From an uncultured Gemmatimonadales bacterium (GTDB lineage: Bacteria > Gemmatimonadota > Gemmatimonadetes > Longimicrobiales > RSA9), in the NCBI GenBank assembly GCA_963783305.1, contig CAWAMW010000012.1, positions 32,973 through 96,972 of the forward strand: a stretch of DNA of 64,000 nucleotides, written 5' to 3'. Of this stretch, positions 58,350 through 64,000 are shown one piece after another; position 1 is the stretch's first letter, and each line of letters starts with the position of its first letter. The notes under the pieces were generated by a model, which saw only the letters and a list, made by a program, of their open reading frames with translations, made no database searches and was not told the origin of the DNA. The position numbers were made by a program, and so were the translations under genes.

Positions 58350-58718
58350 ATGGACGTCGTGGAGATGGACGGGTTCGAGATCCTGGTGGGTCGGAGCGCA
58401 CGCGAGAACGACCGTCTTTCCACCCGCGAAGCGCGCCCGGACGATGTCTGGCTCCACGCGGCCGGGTACGCGGGCAGCCATGTCGTGATCCGCGCCAGGG
58501 AGGGGAAGACGGGCGAGGTGCCCCGGAGCGTGGTGGAGGCCGCCGCCCAGCTCGGGATCTGGCATTCGAAGGCGCGGGCTGCCGGCGGCAAGGTCCAGGT
58601 CCACATGTGTCGAGCCCGGAACGTGAGCAAACGACGCGGTGCGCCCGCCGGCCAGGTGGTCATCCGCGACCACGAGACGCTGAAGCTGTATGCCACGGCT
58701 CCCAGTAGGCTCACGTGA
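58350..58718 (+). CDS. Stand-alone NFACT-R (DUF814) domain protein
   Basis: FEILVGRSARENDRLS...DDVWLHAAGYAGSHVVIR...IWHSKAR...V..C....V.K. 122 aa. Confidence 0.65.
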   Translation: MDVVEMDGFEILVGRSARENDRLSTREARPDDVWLHAAGYAGSHVVIRAREGKTGEVPRSVVEAAAQLGIWHSKARAAGGKVQVHMCRARNVSKRRGAPAGQVVIRDHETLKLYATAPSRLT

Positions 58719-59013
58719 GCCGCTGGACCGAGCTGCTCGTCGATGGAGACGAGCTCGAGCTCCGGGTCCTCGGGCTGCGTAAGCTGTTCGCCCTCAAGTC
58801 ACGGATCCGAATCCCGCGCGGCGCCATTACCGATGTCCGGCGCGCTCCCCATGCCCTGGCGGCGAGAAATCATTCTGGAACGTGGGCCGCGGCGGGAACG
58901 CAGTCGTGATCGAGCTGGAGAACCGGGAGTACGCTCGGCTGGTCGTGGACGTGGATCATCCCGACCAGGTCGTCGAGCGGCTGCGCGGCTGGCGGGGTAC
59001 GGGAGCCGTCTAG
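58715..59013 (+). pseudogene. Small PH-like (bacterial pleckstrin-homology-type) protein gene with an apparent frameshift near 58850-58864
   Basis: Frame A reads VSRWTELLVDGDELELRVLGLRKLFALKSRIRIPRGAITDVRRAP... and stops at 58909. The -1 frame continues ...GEKSFWNVGRGGNAVVIELENREYARLVVDVDHPDQVVERLRGW...* with its stop at 59011-59013. The GTG start overlaps the upstream stop (GTGA). Confidence 0.5.
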
Positions 59014-59279
59014 TCGAGCGGGGCTGCGGGAGAAAGCGGGGGGAGGCGGGTCGAGGGTCGATCGCCCGCGCTTCGCGCGAGGCGACCGCGCTACGCGCGG
59101 CGTCGACGGGACAGGGGCACGCTCCTATGCGCTTCCCGCTCCGCCTGTCGGCGGGGATTCCGGAGAACACGGAGCGCAGCGGAGATCGACCAGCGAGGCC
59201 GCAGGCCGGCGCGATCGACAGGGAGCGCGAGCGACCGTTCGCTCCCCGCCCCCAGCCTCTCTTTCAGTGACCCGCCCGT

Positions 59280-60377
59280 CTAGGTGCGGGCGGTCAGCTC
59301 CACGAACGGTCTGGGTGGCTTCATCTCGTGGTCGGCCCGCAGCTGACCGCACGCAGCGGCAATGTCCCGGCCGCGCGGGGTCCGGACGGTGGCGGTCACG
59401 CTCCGCAGATCGAGGCGGGCGGCGAACTGCCGGATGCGGTCCTCGGGAGAGGGGCGCCAGTCGTTGCCGGGGATCGGGTTGTATGGGATCAGATTCACGT
59501 GCGCGTGGAACTCACCCGCGATCCCCGCCAGCGTGTCGGCCAGCGCGGGATCGTCGTTGACCCCGTCGATCATGATGTACTCGATGGTGATCCGGCGACC
59601 GCCGGCGGCATCGAAGCGGCGCAGGCTCTCCAGCAGGTCCGCCAGCGGGTACTTCTTCTCCACCGGCACGATCTCCTGCCGGAGCGCGTGCGTAGGCGCG
59701 TGGAGGCTGAGCGCCAGGCGGAACTGTTCCGGCCGCTCGGCCAGCTCGTCCATCCCGGGCACGATCCCCACCGTCGAAACGGTGATGCGACGCGCTCCCA
59801 CGTCGTAGCCATGGTTCAGGATCGTCAGCGAGTCCATGACCGGGCCCCGGTTCATGAGCGGTTCGCCCATCCCCATGTAGACGATGTTGCTGATCGCACC
59901 GTACCCGTTCTCCTCCGCCCACCGGCGCGCCCCCCGGTACTGCGCGACGATCTCGCCGGCGGTGAGGTTCCGGCGGTACCCGGACCACCCGGTCGCGCAG
60001 AAGGTGCACGCCATGGCGCAGCCGGCCTGGCTCGAGATGCAGAGGGTGAGGCGATCGCCACTGGGGATCAGCACGCTCTCCACCAGCTCGCCATCTTCGA
60101 GGCGCCAGAGGTGCTTCGCCGTCCCGTCGGTGGACACCTCGACCCGCTCGGTGGCGGGGGCGGTGAGCCGGAAGGACTCCGCGAGGGCCGCGCGCTCGTC
60201 CGTGGAGAGCTCCGTGATCTCGTCGAACGAGAGAGCGACCTTGTCGTAGATGCGGTCGAGCGTCTGCCCCGTGCGATAGCCGGCCACGCCTCGGGTCCGG
60301 AAATGCTCGGACAGGGCCGTCCGGGCCTGGTCGGGGACGAGGCCGATGAGGTCGGGGCGTTCAGTTGTCGCAGTCAT
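59280..60377 (-). CDS. rlmN: 23S rRNA/tRNA adenine-C2 methyltransferase RlmN (radical SAM)
   Basis: CISSQAGCAMACTFCATG and GMGEPL motifs. Confidence 0.9.
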   Translation of the reverse strand: MTATTERPDLIGLVPDQARTALSEHFRTRGVAGYRTGQTLDRIYDKVALSFDEITELSTDERAALAESFRLTAPATERVEVSTDGTAKHLWRLEDGELVESVLIPSGDRLTLCISSQAGCAMACTFCATGWSGYRRNLTAGEIVAQYRGARRWAEENGYGAISNIVYMGMGEPLMNRGPVMDSLTILNHGYDVGARRITVSTVGIVPGMDELAERPEQFRLALSLHAPTHALRQEIVPVEKKYPLADLLESLRRFDAAGGRRITIEYIMIDGVNDDPALADTLAGIAGEFHAHVNLIPYNPIPGNDWRPSPEDRIRQFAARLDLRSVTATVRTPRGRDIAAACGQLRADHEMKPPRPFVELTART

Positions 60378-60403
60378 GGGGCGCCGTTAAGTTACCCGGA
60401 TCA

Positions 60404-60895
60404 TTGAACCAGTTGAACCCCCTGGTGCAAACGGTGGTCCTGCTGACCGATATACTGCAGTCGATCCGGGTGAAGGTGCCCCTCGAGGGCGGCACGAAGG
60501 ACGAGGTCCTGCGCGAGCTCGTGGACGTGCTGGCGGCAGACGGGTGCGTGGCCGATCCGCAGGCGGCGCTCCGGGTCGTACAGCAGCGGGAGGAGGTGCT
60601 TTCCACGGGGATTGGCCACGGCGTGGCGCTCCCGCACGGGAAGACCGACACCTGCCAGGAGCTGGTGATCGCCGCGGGGGTCACGGCGGCGCCGGTGGAC
60701 TTCGATGCGCTGGATGGCGAGCCGGTGCAGCTCGTCTTCCTGCTGATCGGACCGGAGAGCGCCGCAGGGATGCACATCAAGGCGCTGAGCCGGATCTCGC
60801 GACTGGTACGGCAGCCGGAGTCGCGCGATCGCCTGAAGGCGGCCCCCGACTCCAGTTCGTTCCTGGAGGTATTGCGCGAGGCCGAGCGCGCGTGA
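60404..60895 (+). CDS. ptsN: PTS EIIA(Ntr)-type nitrogen regulatory protein PtsN
   Basis: REEVLSTGIGHGVALPHGK (phospho-His context) and LVFLLIGPE. Start is uncertain (TTG 60365/60404, GTG 60425/60434). Confidence 0.75.
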   Translation: MNQLNPLVQTVVLLTDILQSIRVKVPLEGGTKDEVLRELVDVLAADGCVADPQAALRVVQQREEVLSTGIGHGVALPHGKTDTCQELVIAAGVTAAPVDFDALDGEPVQLVFLLIGPESAAGMHIKALSRISRLVRQPESRDRLKAAPDSSSFLEVLREAERA

Positions 60896-61242
60896 AGCGA
60901 TCGCTCCTGGCGTTCTTCCCGCTCGGTCTCTGGGCCGCGGCGGTGCTCATGGTCGGTGCCCTGGAGATCAGATCCACGCCGCTTCCCTCCGGCTCGGACA
61001 AGGTGGCGCATTTCGCGATGTACGGGATCGGCGGCGCACTCGCCGCATGGGCGGGTCGCAAGCAGGGCAGTGCCCGTGCGGCGTGGATCGCGCTGGTGAT
61101 GGTGATCCTCACGGGGGCCGCCGACGAACTGCACCAGGGCACCACCGTTACCCGGCATCCTGATATCATGGATTGGGTGGCCGATGCGACAGGGGCGATC
61201 CTCACATTCCTCCTCGCCGACCGCCTGCTCAAGAAGGACTAG
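60892..61242 (+). CDS. VanZ-like family membrane protein
   Basis: Four hydrophobic segments. [10 protein letters not shown]...DELHQ... pattern. GTG start overlaps the ptsN stop (GTGA). Confidence 0.6.
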   Translation: MKRSLLAFFPLGLWAAAVLMVGALEIRSTPLPSGSDKVAHFAMYGIGGALAAWAGRKQGSARAAWIALVMVILTGAADELHQGTTVTRHPDIMDWVADATGAILTFLLADRLLKKD

Positions 61243-61249
61243 ACGACGC

Positions 61250-63187
61250 ATGCCCCAGGAACTCCCGACCGCGTACCGAACCACCGCCGCGGGCGCCTTG
61301 CGCGCCTCCGATACCGGCGAGACCGTCCGACTGGCGGGGTGGGTGCACCGCCGTCGCGACCTTGGCGGTGTTCTGTTCATCGATCTCCGCGACCGCTCCG
61401 GGCTGATCCAGCTGTCGCTGGGGCCGGACTGGACGCCCCCGGAGAGCCTGGAGCGCGGGCAGCGGCTGTCCGCCGAGTCGGTGATCGCCGTGGAGGGCGA
61501 GGTGGTGGCGCGCCCGGCGGGTCAGGCGAACGACGATCTGGCCACGGGCGCGGTGGAGGTCCACGTACGGTCGCTGAAGGTGCTGACCCACGCGGAGACC
61601 CCGCCGATCCCTGTCTACCAGGTCCCGGGCGAGGAGCAGCCGTCGGAAGAGCTGCGGCTCCGTTACCGCTACCTGGACCTGCGGCGGGAGCAGCTGCAGC
61701 GGGCCATGGGCGTGCGCCATCACGCGGCCCAGGTGGTGCGCCAGCACCTCACGGGAGAGGGGTTCTGGGAGATGGAGACGCCCATGCTCACCCGTCGCAC
61801 GCCGGAGGGAGCCCGGGACTACCTGGTGCCGAGCCGGGTGCATCCGGGCGAGTTCTACGCGCTGCCGCAGAGCCCCCAGATCTACAAGCAGCTGCTCATG
61901 GTGAGCGGCTTCGACCGGTACTTCCAGATCGCCCGCTGCCTGCGCGATGAGGACCTGCGGGCGGACCGGCAGCCGGAGTTCACGCAGATCGACGCCGAGA
62001 TGTCGTTCGTCGAGGAGGAGGACGTGTTCAGGGCGGCCGAGGGAACGATGGGGGCGCTCTGGAACGAGATCCTCGGTGTGGAGCTCGAGACGTGGCCCCG
62101 GCTCACGTACGCCGATGCCATGGAGCGATACGGGACCGACAAGCCGGACCTCCGCTTCGGCATGGAGTTCGTCGATGTGACCGACGTGCTCCGGGAGACG
62201 GAGTTCCGGCTCTTCACCGGGACCCGCGAGAGCGGCGACCGGATCCGAGGGATCGTGGCGAAGGGCGCCGCGGACCCGCTCTCGCGGAAGGACCTGGACG
62301 CGCTGAACGGCGTCGCGCAGGCGGCGGGCTCGCCCGGCTGCCTCTGGGTGAAACGGACGGACGACGGCTGGAGCGGACAGTTCGCCAAGTTCCTGGATGG
62401 CGACCTGGGCGACCGATTCCAGGAGGCGACGGGGATCGAGCCGGGCGACCTGTTCGTGGCGGTGATCGGGTCGTTCTGGACGCGGCCGCGCTCGCCCGGC
62501 TCCGCCGGGGGCGTGGCTTCCGCCGCGGAGACCCACGGCGCCGAGCGGGCTCTGGACGCGCTCCGCCGCCACCTGGGCGACGCGCTGGGGCTCCGCGATC
62601 CATCGCGTCACGCGTGGGCGTGGGTGACGGAGTTCCCCATGTTCGACTGGGACGAGGAGGGCGACCGCCTCGTAGCCGCCCACCACCCGTTCACCATGCC
62701 GCACCCCGACGACGCCGCGCTCCTGCTGGAGGCGGCCGAATCGGCGGGCGGGCCGCTGGGAAACGCGGAGGCGCGAGCTCTCTACGGCGCCTTCATCCGA
62801 TCCCGAGCGTACGATGCGGTGTATAACGGTCACGAGATGGCAAGCGGGTCCATCCGGATCCACGACCCGGCGCTCCAGAGGGCGGTCTTCCGCACGCTCG
62901 GGATGACCGAGGAGGAGACGCAGTCGAAGTTCGGCTTTCTCCTCGATGCGTTCCGCTACGGGGTTCCGCCCCATGGCGGCTTCGCCTTCGGCTTCGATCG
63001 GCTCGTGATGCTGCTTACGGGGGTCCCGAGTCTGCGTGATGTCATCGCGTTCCCGAAGACCACGGCGGCGCGGGCGCTGTTCGAAGGCGCGCCGGCGGAG
63101 GTCTCGGACTCGGAGCTGCGGGAGCTGCATCTGGGGCTCGCTGGCGCTCGTGGAGGCGCGACCCCCGGTCGCGGGGGGGCTCGCTGA
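61250..63187 (+). CDS. aspS: Aspartate--tRNA ligase
   Basis: N-terminal OB fold ([23 protein letters not shown]), motif 2 [21 protein letters not shown] insert, motif 3 [12 protein letters not shown]. The last about 18 codons are repeat-derived. Confidence 0.9.
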   Translation: MPQELPTAYRTTAAGALRASDTGETVRLAGWVHRRRDLGGVLFIDLRDRSGLIQLSLGPDWTPPESLERGQRLSAESVIAVEGEVVARPAGQANDDLATGAVEVHVRSLKVLTHAETPPIPVYQVPGEEQPSEELRLRYRYLDLRREQLQRAMGVRHHAAQVVRQHLTGEGFWEMETPMLTRRTPEGARDYLVPSRVHPGEFYALPQSPQIYKQLLMVSGFDRYFQIARCLRDEDLRADRQPEFTQIDAEMSFVEEEDVFRAAEGTMGALWNEILGVELETWPRLTYADAMERYGTDKPDLRFGMEFVDVTDVLRETEFRLFTGTRESGDRIRGIVAKGAADPLSRKDLDALNGVAQAAGSPGCLWVKRTDDGWSGQFAKFLDGDLGDRFQEATGIEPGDLFVAVIGSFWTRPRSPGSAGGVASAAETHGAERALDALRRHLGDALGLRDPSRHAWAWVTEFPMFDWDEEGDRLVAAHHPFTMPHPDDAALLLEAAESAGGPLGNAEARALYGAFIRSRAYDAVYNGHEMASGSIRIHDPALQRAVFRTLGMTEEETQSKFGFLLDAFRYGVPPHGGFAFGFDRLVMLLTGVPSLRDVIAFPKTTAARALFEGAPAEVSDSELRELHLGLAGARGGATPGRGGAR

Positions 63188-63216
63188 CGCTCGCGGGGGG
63201 CGCCTTCGGCGCGGGG
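63133..63216. repeat. Two copies (44-nt period) of the G-rich GGCTCGCTG[GA]CGCTCG... intergenic repeat family, overlapping the aspS 3' end
   Basis: GGGGCTCGCTGGCGCTCG at 63133 and GGGGGGCTCGCTGACGCTCGCGGGGGGCGCCTTCGGCGCGGGG at 63174-63215. Same words as the repeats at 46-146 and 4163-4250. Confidence 0.7.
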
Positions 63217-63290
63217 CCTGGAGCGCGGGATTTCCCTGGTGCGGGGGCTCTTCGCCCGCGCCACTCAACAACTCGTATGGGGTGGGATGA

Positions 63291-64000
63291 ATGACTGAGG
63301 AATCGACGATCATCCAGCATCGGCTTCCCTCGGAGGGGGCGGACTACCTCCTGCTGGCGGGGGTGAACGACGCGCACCTGCAGGAGCTGGCGCACCAGAC
63401 GGGGTGCCGGGTCATTCTCAGGGGCGACTACCTCATCCTGTCGGGGGAGATCGAGGACGTGGAACGGGCGATCCCGGTGGCGCAGCGGCTGATCGACCTT
63501 GCGCGGCTGCAGTCGCCGTTCGGGGTGGAGGACGTGCGCCGACTGGCGGACGAGGCGGGGCTGGAGTCGCTGAAGGCGGAGAGTCTGGACGGCGAGCGAA
63601 TGGAGGCCGGAGAGGACGGCGGGGCGCTCAAGCGTGATGACCTGCGGATCCTCCTTCCGGGCCTCAGGAAGGTGATCCAGCCGCGCTCGGAAGGGCAGGC
63701 GACCTACCTGGAGGCGATCGCGAAGAACGACATCGTGATCGGGATCGGCCCGGCGGGTACGGGGAAGACGTACCTGGCGGTGGCCATGGCGGTGGACGCG
63801 CTGCTCAAGAACCGGGTGAAGCGGATCATCCTGGCGCGGCCGGCGGTGGAGGCGGGGGAGTCGCTGGGGTTCCTCCCGGGAGACCTCCAGGAGAAGGTGG
63901 ACCCGTACCTCAGACCGCTCTACGACGCGCTGGACGACATGCTCCCGAGCGATCGCGTGCGGCGGTATATCGAGAGCCGAACGATCGAGATCGCTCCGCT
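63291..64000 (+). CDS. phoH: PhoH-like ATPase (partial; continues past window end)
   Basis: My own translation from ATG 63291: MTEESTIIQHRL...GIGPAGTGKTYLAVAMAVDAL...ILARPAVEAGESLGFLPGDLQEKVDPYLRPLYDAL. It is absent from the ORF track because there is no stop codon inside the window. Confidence 0.85.
   Translation, partial: MTEESTIIQHRLPSEGADYLLLAGVNDAHLQELAHQTGCRVILRGDYLILSGEIEDVERAIPVAQRLIDLARLQSPFGVEDVRRLADEAGLESLKAESLDGERMEAGEDGGALKRDDLRILLPGLRKVIQPRSEGQATYLEAIAKNDIVIGIGPAGTGKTYLAVAMAVDALLKNRVKRIILARPAVEAGESLGFLPGDLQEKVDPYLRPLYDALDDMLPSDRVRRYIESRTIEIAP

Noticed and set aside
59014-59279. GC-rich hairpins (CGCGC-TTC-GCGCG, GCGCG-CTA-CGCGC, GGGAGCG...CGCTCCC) in the convergent spacer before rlmN. 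Considered as another copy of the repeat family.
   Set aside because: It shares the general style, but I could not align it convincingly to the 40-nt unit. It may simply be terminator-like hairpins.

Overview
Very GC-rich bacterial chromosomal segment (GC judged by eye, not computed). It is densely packed with housekeeping operons. I saw no integrase, transposase, phage, plasmid, CRISPR, tRNA or rRNA signal. The gene content (an Oar-like TonB receptor with a carboxypeptidase-regulatory N-terminus, many lipobox proteins, a short FtsY) resembles Gemmatimonadota or Acidobacteria, but that is a weak guess.

Gene order:
- End of the dcw cluster (ftsA', ftsZ), an M23 peptidase, ftsY, recG, an M28 peptidase, asnS.
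- A MATE transporter with mazG, then alr, a lipoprotein plus beta-barrel pair, miaB, comEC, a small HExxH protein, fbp.
- A divergent locus: a ComEC-like MBL lipoprotein, two lipoproteins with repeated OB-like modules, and an Oar-like TonB-dependent transporter.
- add and ppdK.
- One long minus-strand operon, purB-purC-psd-pssA-purS-purQ-purL-purF, in which purF carries a 1-nt frameshift.
- htrA, tal, truA.
- A fragmented trp cluster: trpD | lexA (antisense, with a coupled 53-codon ORF) | trpC-trpF-trpB-[HEAT-repeat protein]-[HD-GYP protein]-trpA.
- An RqcH-like NFACT protein, panBCD, a YqeK-like HD hydrolase, a LytR_C protein, a stand-alone NFACT-R protein, a frameshifted small PH-like gene, rlmN, ptsN, a vanZ-like gene, aspS, phoH'.

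Most interesting observations:
1. The nuclease-flavoured lipoprotein/TonB-receptor locus beside comEC.
2. A translationally coupled HEAT/HD-GYP gene pair wedged between trpB and trpA.
3. A dispersed family of G-rich, hairpin-containing intergenic repeats, sometimes in tandem arrays, plus a heptanucleotide microsatellite abutting a consensus-like promoter.
4. Two copies of a GAAC-N7-GAAR motif and a coupled small ORF at lexA.
5. Two apparent 1-nt frameshifts, in purF and in a small PH-like gene.

All calls come from reading the supplied translations and the sequence by eye. Start codons were chosen by hand, and no database search was run.
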